Made by a program: the position numbers and the translations under genes. A stretch of DNA of 64,000 bases from NCBI GenBank assembly GCA_003427395.1, contig BFEA01000007.1, positions 5,988,117 through 6,052,116 of the forward strand, given 5' to 3'. How positions within the stretch are numbered: the stretch's first letter is position 1; the number at the start of each line of letters is the position of its first letter. The notes under the pieces were generated by a model that worked only from the letters and a program-made list of their open reading frames with translations, was not told the origin of the DNA and did no database searches. Shown here piece by piece: positions 26,167 through 39,095 of the stretch. The DNA comes from Chara braunii (taxonomy: Eukaryota; Plantae; Charophyceae).

Positions 26167-27328
26167 TCTCGAATCTTAGAGGTCTTTCCTTGCCATTAAA
26201 ATCTTTTTGAGCCAATACTCCACCGATGGATGCCGGCCCAGCATCGGTGCATACTACAAAAGACCTTCTCTCTTCATCTTCAAAATAAGGGACACCTAGG
26301 ACTTAACCTCCTTCCTTGAACTCATCCTTTAATAACTTTACCGCATCCTCTTGTTCACTCGACCATTTTCATTCTACTTCTTTGCGAAGTAGTTTTTTCA
26401 ATAGTTCTGCCTTTTCAACGTACCCTTTTATGAAATTATTCCAAATCCGACCACTCCTAGCTTCGCTGGGTCGGTCGCCTACCATTTTTGTCATAGATAT
26501 AGCCCAAGATCTTGATGGAGGATACTGCCCATCTACTTTTGGTCCCACTCACCGTGAGATTCGCGTCTTCTAACATAACTAGCACCTTTCTGATGTCCTC
26601 AGCGTGAGTCGCGACGAACTTCCTCACTCCTGGCCTCACCTCTTCCTCACTCCTGGCCTCACCTCAGTCTCATCCTTCTCGCATGGCCCTTTGATTAGGA
26701 AGTCATCTAGGAAAAATTCCACTAAATTTAGTATAAGTTCCCCCAACACTGCCTCCATCGTTCTTTGAAAGACTGCTATGTCGTTGGTCCATCCCATCGG
26801 CACTACCATCATCTGGATTAATCCGAATGGCGTGTGCATCGTAGTTAAGTGTCGGTCTCTATAGTCAAGCGGAATCTCATCATAACCCGAAAAGAGATCG
26901 CAGATAGAGTAGATCGAGGGTCCAGCTGACCCTTCGGATAGGAGATCCGCATTTGGAATAGACCCTACATCCCTAACCGTAACTTTATTGGTTTTCTGCA
27001 GGTCTTGTATCCACCGTAGCTCCCCATTTGACTTTCGTATAAAGAACCACCTGTTCTCGTAGGTACTTTCACACGGTTCTGCTACGAACATGCTGATTTT
27101 TTCCTTCAGGCAGTCCACTATCATCTCCTTCTCCTTCTGAGCACATTTCGACCTAGCCGCATTCCACAACACATGCGGAACTGTATAGATTCTCGCCGGC
27201 TTAGCATACTGTAGATCTATCCGCCCTCTCTCCGCGTCAGAGAAGTTCACCGTCTTGTCGCATGCTCTTAGTGTCTCTATTATCAGTTCTCTCTCCTCCT
27301 CGATTATGTTTTCATGTCCTATGTTCAT
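26167..27328 (-). pseudogene. RT and N-terminal RNase H of element B
   Basis: WFFIRKSNGELRWIQDLQKTN, DLFSGY, FLDD and GKERPLRFES. A 23-bp tandem duplication near 26620-26662 shifts the frame. Confidence 0.93.
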
Positions 27329-27686
27329 TCATTTCAAGCGCTCGTCGGTAATTCTCTAACCCTCTGTGGCCTTTCATTCCCTGATCATCTGAGTTATTTC
27401 TTCCTCAGTGATCCCTATCTCTCCTGTCATGTCACGGCTATCGTAGCCGACTTAACTTTTTGAGCGACGGTTTCGTATCTTTTCCCCCCGCCGTGTGGGG
27501 GGATTCCTCCAAACAAGATAAGTTTATGCATCCACCAAACTCTTTATCATCGCTTTCCTTTGGATAAACAACCCCATCTACCATATATTTGTCTTCCAAA
27601 TCTTCGATCTCAACACTCTTCTCTTTTATTTTATAGGGTCCTAGGGTAGTTCCTCTGGGACTATTTGGCAACTCCGCATCAGTAGC

Positions 27687-28163
27687 TGTGCCGGAAACGC
27701 CGGGATGGCGGTCCGATAGGATGAAGATGAAGGGGTAGAGGAAGGAGGAAGTGGAGATGGAGCTGGAAGGGACAACGCAGCTCCGACGCAGACTCAACAC
27801 CGCACGTACTCCAACAAGTGCAAAAATAATGAATGACGAAAAACAGACAACAGCTGGGGTATACCCCCAACGGACTGACTGACTGGACTGGATTAGTCTG
27901 GTACCGACAATCAATGCCGGACCCGTGAACGTGAACGGGTCCAGCCACTGAGCGTGACCGGTCGTTCACCGGGTCCGATTCTCATAAACAGTCGTTCGGG
28001 TGGCAACGAGCCACGTTGAGTGGAGGAGGGTTCATGAGACTCTGAGCCGTTGCGTGCGCGCGCGAGAAAGAGAGAGAGAGAAAAAAAAAAAAAAAAGGTG
28101 TATGTGTGTGTGTGTGTGCGCATGTGCGCTGGGGAGTGGAGGGAGGACCCCTCCCCCACCAAC

Positions 28164-28206
<43 letters not shown>

Positions 28207-28811
28207 CCAACCAATCAATCAATCAATCAATAATCAACCCCCCAATTTTTTTTATTTTTATTTTTTTAAACACAAATATCCTTTTTTTTTTTTTTTTTTT
28301 TTNNNNNNNNNNNNNNNNNNNNNNNNNTTTTTTTTTTTTTTTTTTTTTTTTTCTGATTTGAAGGTACGGGGTCCTAGCTGGACCACGCGCGACCCCGATC
28401 GCACCTCGACGCCGACCACCCGGGCCGCCACGTGGCCACCAGGCCTTTTTTTAAAAAAAAAATTCCGATCGAAAAATAAAAATAAAAATGGGCAGGTGCC
28501 CCTTTACAGTACCCACACGTCAAAAAAAAAAAAGTACCCCTACCAGGCGAAAAAAAAAAAAAACGGAGTTCCGGCTTGCGTGAACTCCGTAAACTACCGG
28601 AGTTCACGTTTTTCCGTGAACGGTGGCCGGCCCCCGTTCACAACCCCCGTGAATGGTGAACGGGGGTACGGCACTACCGACAGTGGTACCGGGCAGGACT
28701 GGAACAACACAGGGCCTGTGGGGTCAGGCCACGACCTGGTCCCACAGACCAAACTGGCAAATAGACAAATAGGCTCTGGCTGTAGGCCAGGGCAGATGAA
28801 GGCCCGCTGCA
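27687..28811 (-). repeat. 3' LTR of element C (interrupted by MITE)
   Basis: Matches 39096-39448 once 27912-28676 is removed. Confidence 0.9.
27912..28676. mobile_element. hAT-like MITE
   Basis: TIR CAATGCCGGACCC / TAGTGCCGTACCC; 8-bp TSD CCGACAAT/CCGACAGT; subterminal CGTGAAC repeats; internal (CAAT)n. Confidence 0.8.
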
Positions 28812-29660
28812 CGATCCTTACACTTGTAATGGATCGCAAGAGCCATAAACACGCTATCCGCAAAAGCAGCGGAACTCTGCAATAAAAAGAAAGCTGAGAG
28901 ATCTAGGATGCGGAGTCCATGCGATGCAGCCTAAGCTACATCATGTCAAATGAAACGCAAATGTCTGGTATACACATTCTAGCCAACAGCAGAAAATGAA
29001 ATGTAGCGATATACAATCCTAAAGTCCTAGAGGCAATTGCCTCAGTGCTGAAAGGAAAAAGAGCAATATGTCACAGATAATGTCATATCGCCGAACCACT
29101 GAGAGTGGGGTGGTCTCAAAGGGGGTGAATGCAGCCTAAGAATCGAAACTGCTAAGGGCAGTCACACATGAAGGTGTGATAGGTCACCAGGCTTAAGGTG
29201 GGAGAGTGGTAGCGAAACAAAACCAAGGACCCTAACAGATAGACCATCAGGGCGGGTAATGCTCGACAAAAGGATGACACCATGCAGGGTTGATCATGAA
29301 AAAAAGGGGAGGCTGGAATAGGGTGAAGATATGCCTAACTGAAGGCATGCAAGGGCCGACACTAGGGTGATGAGGGCAGTGGGTGAAGGAAACATGCACG
29401 AGAACCATCATGCGACAAATGCAAGGGAATATACAGGGTAGGGTGGTGACGTGAAGTAGTCACGTCCAAAGTAGCTGAAGTCGATAAGATGGCTGAAGTC
29501 GAGAGAGTGACTGAAGTCGTCGAAGTGGTCGATGACGTCGATGAAGTAGGATTCGAGGTCGATGTCGAAGCAGAGCCGCAAAACGCTGACATCCTGAAGA
29601 AGCTGATGATGGAGTATCTGATGGTGTGAGTCAGTGGGGTGATAGTAGGTGATCAGAGTG

Positions 29661-31320
29661 TCAATCGTCAAGACGTCGAGGACGTCGACGAGTGCGCTGT
29701 GGACGAACGGAGGCGTTCATCTGCTGCTGAAGAACGACCTTAGAGGGAGCGGGCTCGTCCGCAGCAATCTCCTCAGTCGGAGGAGGAAGAGGGTCAGTTG
29801 GTTGAGTAGGAGCAGATGTCTCAGCACCACGAGCACGATCATATGTACGCACCAACATCCGGGCGTGCGCCAGGTGCTCGAGGGGCTCCCAAGTAGCCTT
29901 CTCATCAGGATAGCCCTTCCAACGCACAAGGTACTCGATGCGTGGAGGGGTGTCGTCGGTAACTCAGTGAGATACGATGTCGGAAACAACGAACTCCTCG
30001 CGACCGTCCACCATGATAGGTGGAGGGCACTCACAAGGACGTCCGACGAAGCGCTCGGACGGTCTGCAATAAGGACGCAGCAAGGAGACGTGGTAAATAT
30101 CGTGTACTCGAGCCTGTTGAAGGTAATCAGGTAGCTTCACACGGAAGCTGACCGGACTAGCGACAATATTAAAACATGCGGCCTGAAGGATGCGGCATGG
30201 GCCGAAGAAACGACACCTGGACTTGCAAAGCGTATCTGCTTCGAGCTGCAAGTGGCGTGCATCGACGAGCACATCGTCACCGACTTTGAATGGATGATCC
30301 ATTCGTGATCGGTTCGCTCGTGCGGCCATGCGAGTCTGGGAGTCGGCTAGACTCTCGTGTGCACTCTTCATAATCGCCGCCATGTGGGCGATCCAGTCAT
30401 CCAGTACAGGACAACGAGTGTCTGGGTGCAACTGCGATGGTCGTAGGAAGTTCACGCGTACACGAGGGTGGTAGCCGAGATCGCAATAGAATGGCGACAT
30501 CCCCGTGGCTAGCGAAACGATGTGGTTGTACGCAATCTCCGCGTGGGCTAAGTGTAAGTTTCACTGCTGGTCATCCCTAACAAACTTTCGGAGGATATTA
30601 CATATATTTTTATTGGTGACCTCAGTCTGACCATGCGTCTGAGGGTGGTAAGACGATGAGAAGCGGAACTGGGATCTGTACACCTCGTAGGCGTCGCCAG
30701 AATCTGCTGGTAAAGCGCGGGTGACGGTCGGAGATGATACTCTGAGGTTAGCCGTGATCTCTCACGACTCGGTCGAAGACGATGTTGGCGACCTCACGGG
30801 CGCTAATGCGATAGCGGCACGGGACAAAACGTGCACGCTTCGTGAAGCGATCGACAAAGTCCAAGATAGCATTATGACCACGCTCAGTGGGTGGGCGGAG
30901 GGGACCAATCAAATCCATCAAGATGGACTGCCAACGACCCTCGTGTATGGGTAAGGGTTGAAGTAACCCATATGGGAGGTGATTTACACTGTTCACCTCC
31001 TGACAGGTAGGACACTCATGGATGTAAACTTTGACGAAGTCCTTGGAGTTCGGTCAGGCGTATAGGCGGCAAACACGAGCCAACGTCTTGTGGAAGCCCA
31101 TATGACCGACAATTGCCTGGTCATGGAACTTTGCTATAGCCTGGACGCGGAGCTGTCTGATGGAGGGAACGCAGATACGTGGTTCTTGCTGACCAGATCT
31201 GCCATGCCACTACACAAGACCGTTTTCGCCAAGGGAGTATGAGGCAACGGTCTTGCCACTCCTCAGTGTCGCGTGGATGACGCGATAATCCTGGCAATGA
31301 CGGTACTGGGTGCGATATGC
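29661..31320 (-). pseudogene. Integrase and chromodomain of element C
   Basis: GLLQPLPI...WQSILMDLIGPL...VDRFTK, FKVGDDVLV, FFGPC; chromodomain RWKGYPDEKATWEPLEHL. Confidence 0.92.
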
Positions 31321-31325
31321 GTCGA

Positions 31326-32960
31326 TCACCGACTGATCAACAGTGTGATGGAGATAGTAGCAAGATGGATGGGTTCCTCATTGTGATCAGGACGGCGGGA
31401 CAAGGCATCGGTGACGCAGTTCGTTTCACCTTTGATGGGCTGAGTGGTGAAACTGAACTCGGATAAGTCACGCCACCAACGTGCCTGTCGAGGGGAAAGC
31501 TTGGGCTTCGTGAGGAAAGCCTGGACAATTGAGTTGTCTGTGCGCATAGTGAAAGGCGCCCCGTGCAAGTAATGACGCCAATGTCGGGTAGCATAAACTA
31601 CTGCGAGAACCTCACGTTCATCGACAGTGTAGTTTATCTCGGCAAGCAGTAGCTGACGGGAGTAGAAGGCGATCTGGCGATCCCCAGCACGAGCCTCAAC
31701 AGTCTCATTCTCCTCTATGGTCGGGGAGTAAGTAATGGGAGGACTGTCAGTGGAGAGAAGTGGTTGGAGGATAGGCGTCAGTGGAGAAGCAGTGTCAGCA
31801 GGAGGGGGGGGGGAAGGAGGAACATGGGGATAAAGTGAATCAGGAGGAGAGGGAAACACCAAAGAAAGTTTTGCTTCTGCAAAATCTGACACATCAGTGG
31901 TGACGATGAAGGGGCAATCAAAATCAGGGAGGCGAAGAACCGGCGCACAAGTCACCGCCTTCTTGAGGGCGCGGAAGGCGTCCTTGCAGAGGGGTGTCCA
32001 AAGCCACGGGGGGTTCTTCGGGAGGAGGGTGGAGGTAAGGACGTAGGAATACCTAGCGTATTCCTAAATAAAATTACTAAAGTAGCTGGTGAGGCCTAGG
32101 AAATTGCGAAGCTGCTTGGCAGATGTGGAGACGGGTCACTCTGCAATAGTAGTGATCTTCGCGTCGTCCATATGGAGACCCATGCGTTGGGCAAAGTGGC
32201 ACTTAGTAAGTTTGGCATAGAAGTCATGCTTGCGTAAGCGCTGTAGGATATCGTGGAGGTGTATGATATAGTACGACTGTAGACCAAGATGTCGTCCAAG
32301 TATACGAGAACGTATTTTTCAAGGATGACCCTGAAGATGTCGTTCATCGTCGTCTGGAAGGTGGCGGGTGCATTGGTGATGGCGAATGGCATCACCGTGA
32401 ACTCGTAGTGGCCGAAGCGCGACCAAAAGGCGGTCTTCGGTTGATCCTCTGCAGCAACGCGGATCCGGTGATAACCGCTACGAAGATCGATCTTCCTGAA
32501 GAAGCGGTTATCTGCTAGACAGTCAAACAGCTCATCCGTGCGAGGTATGGGATAGTTGTTCTTAACTGTGTAACGATTAAGACCGTGATAGTCGATGCAG
32601 AGGCGGAGAGTTTCACCCGCTTTGCGAGCAAAGAGGACAGGTGCACCCCAAGGGGAGTTACTGGGTTTAATGAAACCCAGTCGAAGGAGCTCCTCAAGCT
32701 GACGCTTGAGTTCCGTCGCCTCTGCAATCGAGAGTCAGTACGGTGCCTGATGGTGAACATGATAGTCAGGCACAAACTGAATAGAATGCTCTACACCGCG
32801 CATCGGATGGATCCCGTTGTATGAGAAATACGGAGGGAAGACGTCGAGGTACTCTCGAATCAGGTCCAGAACGGCGGGCTCTAAGTCTGTCGTGAACCGT
32901 GTGAGTTCCTCAATGTCTGCGTCGACACGAGACGTATGTGTGGACTCGACAGCACAAGCA
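31326..32960 (-). pseudogene. RT and RNase H of element C
   Basis: [13 protein letters not shown]...YLDDILVYS; APVLRLPDF...IAFYSRQL...NYTVDEREVLA...DALSRRPD. Confidence 0.93.
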
Positions 32961-33407
32961 GTTATCGGGTAGCTCAAAATTCAGGAATCAAAATTCTGAA
33001 GTGAGAGTTTTTGGTAGTCTAAAAATCGTGAATGGTCCTGAAGTGGTGAAAGGTCTGAAGACCTTGAAAACCACCTGTTTAGGCAAGCAGCATCCTGAAG
33101 TTGTGAAGGGTGTCCTAAAGTGGTCAATTGAGCAGTCTGAAAATCCTGAATAGTCCTGAAGTGGTGAAAGGTCCGAAGACCATGAAAACCACCCTTCACC
33201 ACTTGAGGATGCAGCGTGCCTAAACAGGTGGTTTTCAGGGTCTTCGGAACTTTCACTACTTCAGGACCATTCAAGATTTTCAGACATGAATGGTCTTGAA
33301 GTGGTGAAAGGTCCGAAGACCCTGAAAACCACCTGTGTAGGCAGGCTGCATCCTGAAGTGTTGAAGGGTGTCCTGAAGTGGTGATGAATAATACGACTGT
33401 TGTTAAC
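32961..33407 (-). mobile_element. ~447-bp internally repeated/foldback insert, copy 1 (intron-like)
   Basis: Closely similar to 35549-35997; GTTA...TAAC ends; no TSD; internal direct and inverted subrepeats. Confidence 0.8.
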
Positions 33408-33590
33408 CTTCTCTCCTCGACATTCAACGATGCAGGGCTCAGGGACGTGGGGAGTAATCCGCAGGCTGATGGGTGGATGTAGAGATAGGAGCCGCGAAGA
33501 CGGAGGAAGGGTTAGGGGGATCGGACTCCAGAGAGATGAGCTCAACCTTGGGACAGAGTGGATCATAGCGAAGAAGATCTATGATGTTCA

Positions 33591-34184
33591 CTAAGTAGAC
33601 GTCCTCCTGTCGTATGAAGTGAGCAAACTGACAAGGGGAAGTGAAGGCGATGTCAGGGTGGGACCCTGAGGGACGAGGGTCCTGGGAGGTAGGTCGGGAG
33701 GAGTGTCGCTCGTGGTTCCAATGAAGGGGACGCGATGGGTCTGACCACACTTCGTTTTGAGAATGAGTGTCTCGGTCGCCCATTCGGCCTTTGTGCTAGG
33801 GAACCGGCAAGACCAGGGAGTGCAGAGGATAAAGTCGTACCCAGTCTCCAGCATGTCGAAGTATGCGGACGAATGGTAGCGCTGAGGCGCCTGGGTACTA
33901 TCCGGTGGTTGGAGGGAGAAGTAGAGGTCGAGGACCGTCTGATCGAAAAAGCATTGTGTCTTGTTATCTCCGAGGGTAACGGAGATAGGAGACTTGGACC
34001 CAGAGGTAGCTAGGCGAGCTTCCTCAACCACTCGAGGGTGAACGAAATCTCCTTGCGAGCCAGAGTCCCATAAAGCGCGGTACACCCTCGTAGATGTCCC
34101 TAGGCGAATAGGGATAATGGGTAGGGTGCGATCAGGGTCAGAAAGCAGAGCGAGAAGAAGATGCAGGATGTTGACGTGTCTCAT
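33591..34184 (-). pseudogene. Aspartic protease of element C
   Basis: RALWDSGSQGDFV and YDFILCTPW motifs. Confidence 0.88.
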
Positions 34185-34470
34185 GAGTCACTCCTGACGA
34201 GCCTGAAGAATGCTCAAGTTCAGGATAGATGACACAACGTCATTGAGAGTCGTCGGCTGAGCGCTACAACGGGTTGTGCGAATGGCGCGATGCATCGGAA
34301 GTCTCACAGGGGAAGCACTAGATGCGGCGGTCTGCTGTGAGGCAGACGGTACCTCGACAGACGACGGGGCAGAGGGAACTGCGTCTGTCGTGTCCTGACG
34401 ATCCTCTGGTGGGGTAGCCAAAAAGGCAAACCACGACTCGGTGGTCGGGAAGCCGGCTATGTGCGAGGCC

Positions 34471-36980
34471 TCAGTGGTACACTGCACCGTGGCTAGCTGG
34501 GTGGGGCTGACCGGGCAGGGACGGGGGGGGACTGAGATCGACGCTGAAGAGAGATGTCAGCGTAGTGCCAATCGGGGGCGGTATGGTATGGACACCGTGA
34601 GGAGGTGTGTCCATCCTGGCGGTAACGAAGGCAGTCGCGTCGGGCCTCAAGGGCGGCACGCTCCTTAGGGGATAAAGATCGCGAGGAGGGACAAAACCCT
34701 GCGGGAGGTCTATGAGGAACTCTGGGTGTGCGGGCGCCAGCCTGTGCAACCCAACTGCGCGCACGACCCATGGCAGGCATGGCCATCTGCAGGCGCGCGG
34801 CCACCGAGACAGTGTCGTTATCCAAGTGGTACTGGATGACGTCCCGAAGCTCGATGTCCTCGGGGGCGTCCCCAGTGGTAGGGTCGAGCTCAGCTGAGGC
34901 GTCCTCTCCATACTTGAGAGAACTATAGTGCCGAGAGAATGGCGCTCCAGGTCGAGTTGGGCGACGAAAACGACCAGCAAAAGAGGAGCGGCCTTTGGTG
35001 GTCCCGCGAGACTGGAGGTGGCGACTGACCGCGAAGAGGATGGGGAGACGGAGAAGCGACTCCGCATCCTCTGGTACTGTCTCGTAGCCTTGTAGATCTG
35101 TTCTGCAGAAGAGAATGACCGCCTCCATAACTCCAAGAGGTAGTAAGTTGGAAGACTGGCGAGGAACCAGTCGGTGAGGGTGACCTCGGGTAGGAACGTC
35201 TCATCACAAGCAAGGCGGGCATCTTGAAACACCCGGATGTGACGCTCGAGGTCAACCGGTGTAGAGGACCCGGACCATCGGGTCTAGGTGACGTGGTCTA
35301 AAGCGTCAGTCACGTCATGACGAGCGCCAAAGCAGTCCTGAAGGAAAGCCGCGAAGTCTGCAAGAGTAGGGACCTCACCCACGAGGAGGCGTTGGGTATA
35401 ATAGTCCTCCCACGCAGTGGAAGGGCTACCTCATAATTTAGTTGCGAGCACATCGCACTACAACTCCTGACGGGTGGTCGTCATAAAGAGTGTGCGTGTT
35501 GCTATCTCCAACCAGCGAGAGACACGGGATGTGCTATCATCACAAGTGGTTATCGGGTAGCTGAAAATTCAGGAATGAAAATTCTGAAGTGAGAGTTTTG
35601 GGCATTCTGAAAATCCTGAATGGTCCTAAAGTGGTGAAAGGTCCAAAGACCCTGAAAACCACCTGTTTAGGCAGGTTGTATCCTGAAGTGGTGAAGGGTG
35701 TCTTGAAGTGGTCAAGTGAGAGTTTTTGGCAGTCTGAAAATCCTGAATGGCCCTGAAGTGGTGAAAGGTCATAAGACCATGAAAACCACCCTTCACCACT
35801 TGAGGATGCAGCCTGCATAAACAGGTGGTTTTCAAGGTCTTCGGAGCTTTCACTAATTCAGGACCATTCAGGATTTTCAGACTTGAATGGTCCTGAAGTG
35901 GTGAAAGGTTCGAAGACCCAGAAAACCACCTGTTTAGGCAGACTGAAGTGGCGAAGGGTGTCCTGAAGTGGTGATGAAAAATATGACTGTTGTTAACCTT
36001 CTATCGCCATCATACTCGGGAATGTCCGAGGTGCGCACAAGAGGATGTCCACTGTGCTGATGGTGGGGGGAGAGAGATCGAGGCGAGTGCATTGCGGCGG
36101 CGTAAGTCGGGGGCATTGTAGGGGCAGAGGTGGGGAAAGGCTGTGGGTCGTGACCGCTGGCGGATGGACCAGTAGACGAGGAGGCAACGGTCGCAGGCAA
36201 CTGTCCCGGAATGGCTAGGTAATAGGGGAGAGGCTGAGGAGCCGGTCGAGGGAAACAAGTCAGCATGATGGGGGTCAAGGAGGTGGTAGAGGAAGAAGAA
36301 GGGTGAGCAGCATGTAAAGGATGAGGCTATCTAAGGGCCAGGATCTCCGCCTGAGCCTGCGCAATGGTGACCCGTAAAGTGGCCGCTCGCTGGGTGCGCG
36401 GGGTCGGAGGTGGAGGAGGCGGAGCGGATCTCCCAGTGGGAAGAGGAGTCTCAGCCTAGGTGGTACCCTGCTGTGGGGGTAGGGGAACGAAGGCGGAAAG
36501 AAGAGGACGGAGTCATAATGCCGCGACCGGTGAGGGAAGGTGGGAAGCAGCACCAGTATGGGTCGATGAAACTGCTGGGCCAAATGGTGGTATCTGGACC
36601 GCAGCACCTGCGGCAGCAGTAGAGACGGTAGGGGCGGCAGGTGCCAAGGGAGGTGCCAAGGGAGGTGCCAAGCGAGGTGCCGCAACAGACGGGATGGTTT
36701 CAGCGGCAGCGGCACTCACCACTGCTGAGTGGGAGTGTCAGGCCTGAGCCAAAGGGGAGGAAGAACCACCACGTCCGTGTCGCCGGAGTCGTGGGGAACC
36801 GGTCGGTGAGCCGGCAGGGGATGGGGTGTGAGAGTTGAGGGGAGAGCGATGGGGAGAGCCCTTGAGGCAGTTGACGTCAAGGGCAAGCGCATTGATTTGC
36901 GCTTGCAATGGTCCAAGCGTACTAAGTTGCGCCTGGATTGCCCCAAGGACGGCATGAAGGTCCATGGTGTCCACATGGGC
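34471..36980 (-). pseudogene. Gag of element C
   Basis: IPEYDG...VSRWLE...TLADFAAFLQDCF; CLRYRQDGHTSSRC degenerate knuckle; Pro-rich N-terminus. Confidence 0.75.
35549..35997 (-). mobile_element. ~449-bp internally repeated/foldback insert, copy 2 (intron-like)
   Basis: Second copy. Removing it restores the gag frame GDRS-TCDDS. AG|GT donor and TTTTCAG acceptor on the minus strand. Confidence 0.82.
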
Positions 36981-39082
36981 CTAATCATGAGTCGCTGATT
37001 GTGCGGTGACCTGGGATGTGGGTTGCGCCGCAGTGATCTCCTCGGTTGTAGCGCTCTTAGTGGGCGGTGGAGGGAGAGAAGTAGACATGGTGGGAGGTGG
37101 GGGGAGATATGGGTTGTAGTATGGGGACAGGGGACCACTGGTGAGAGGGAGGGGACCGCGAGAGTGGAGTGGGTAATCATGGGTCGGCTCGCCCCGTGAT
37201 TAGCAGGACTCGCGTGACATGGTGGCACGAATCCGGTCGAGGGGAGAGGAGTCGTTCGGGCCCAGAGTGCCCGACGGGNNNNNNNNNNNNNNNNNNNNNN
37301 NNNNNNNNNNNNNNNNNNNNNNNNNNNNNNNNNNNNNNNNNNNNNNNNNNNNNNNNNNNNNNNNNNNNNNNNNNNNNNNNNNNNNNNNNNNNNNNNNNNN
37401 NNNNNNNNNNNNNNNNNNNNNNNNNNNNNNNNNNNNNNNNNNNNNNNNNNNNNNNNNNNNNNNNNNNNNNNNNNNNNNNNNNNNNNNNNNNNNNNNNNNN
37501 NNNNNNNNNNNNNNNNNNNNNNNNNNNNNNNNNNNNNNNNNNNNNNNNNNNNNNNNNNNNNNNNNNNNNNNNNNNNNNNNNNNNNNNNNNNNNNNNNNNN
37601 NNNNNNNNNNNNNNNNNNNNNNNNNNNNNNNNNNNNNNNNNNNNNNNNNNNNNNNNNNNNNNNNNNNNNNNNNNNNNNNNNNNNNNNNNNNNNNNNNNNN
37701 NNNNNNNNNNNNNNNNNNNNNNNNNNNNNNNNNNNNNNNNNNNNNNNNNNNNNNNNNNNNNNNNNNNNNNNNNNNNNNNNNNNNNNNNNNNNNNNNNNNN
37801 NNNNNNNNNNNNNNNNNNNNNNNNNNNNNNNNNNNNNNNNNNNNNNNNNNNNNNNNNNNNNNNNNNNNNNNNNNNNNNNNNNNNNNNNNNNNNNNNNNNN
37901 NNNNNNNNNNNNNNNNNNNNNNNNNNNNNNNNNNNNNNNNNNNNNNNNNNNNNNNNNNNNNNNNNNNNNNNNNNNNNNNNNNNNNNNNNNNNNNNNNNNN
38001 NNNNNNNNNNNNNNNNNNNNNNNNNNNNNNNNNNNNNNNNNNNNNNAAAGAGAAAATAAGTAAAAAGAAAATTCGAAGTTGGGGGGGGGGGGATGGAAAA
38101 GTGATGAAGAAGGAGAGAAATAGGTGAGAAGAAAAAAAAAAAGTAAAGTGTGAGATGGGAGAAATAGTGGGGTTGTGGTTGGGGGAGGGAAGAGGGAGAG
38201 GAGGGTGGTAGAATAGGATAGATGGATACAGAAAATGTAGAGAGAGGTAGATGAGAAAAGTGGGAGATGATGAGTGTGGAGGAGAGGAGAGAAAAAGGTT
38301 GTGGAAGATGAGTGGAGAGGAGGGTGGGAGTAGGGAGTAGTGGTAGGGGGAGAAAAGATGATTAGATGATGGGGGGAGGAGAGAAAAGGGGTTAGGGGAA
38401 AGTAGGTTAGTGGGTAGGAAGGTGATACCAAGCTCTTGGGTGACCAAAAGTAAAGCACTACCAAGATCCACAGGATCTTCGCCTTCAAGATGTTGCTGGA
38501 CTGATGCCACTGCAATAAAAAAATCTGGGGTGGGATGAGATCTTGATCAGCCACCCAGATGTCACTGTAGTGCAGCCCCCTAGCCAGGGGGGTCTTCAAT
38601 CTTAAGCAAGCTGCCACGTGGCACATTTGGAGATGGTCACAGGCAAAGAGAGGGGAGGTAGATGACAAACACTCTTTTGCCAATAACTTTTCACCTGCTG
38701 GGTGAAATTTGGCAAAAGAGGACTCGTTGGAAAGATTTTTGAAAGATGCTTCCAACGAGATATGGCGCGGCACCAACCGTTGTCTGCAGTAATAGTGCTC
38801 CTTGAAAAACGAGCGTGCGCGGTTTCGTAGCTTAAGAAAAAAAAGAAAAAAAAATCACGATTTTTGAACGATTGCAGCTCTTGAACCCATGCATAGAATT
38901 TAGCAATCTATAGCTCGTTGGAAGCGTCTCGTCGAGAGATTTCCAACCGTGTGGAAAAGTGACGATTAAAAATGTGCACCGGTGTCATCTGGGGGCGAAA
39001 GTACCAAGTTTTTTTTTTTTTTTTTTGCTCACGCCATATAGCAAATGGTGGAGGGAGGTGAGGGGAGCAGGGAGGAAAGCCT

Positions 39083-39094
39083 GCTTTGATACGA
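39083..39094 (-). promoter_or_regulatory. Degenerate tRNA-iMet primer binding site of element C
   Basis: TCGTATCAAAGC directly after the LTR end, versus consensus TGGTATCAGAGC. Confidence 0.65.
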
Positions 39095-39095
39095 G

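Noticed and set aside
32961-35997. Group II intron or Helitron identity for the 450-bp inserts
   Set aside because: No GUGYG start or recognisable domain V; no TC...CTRR ends or A^T target.
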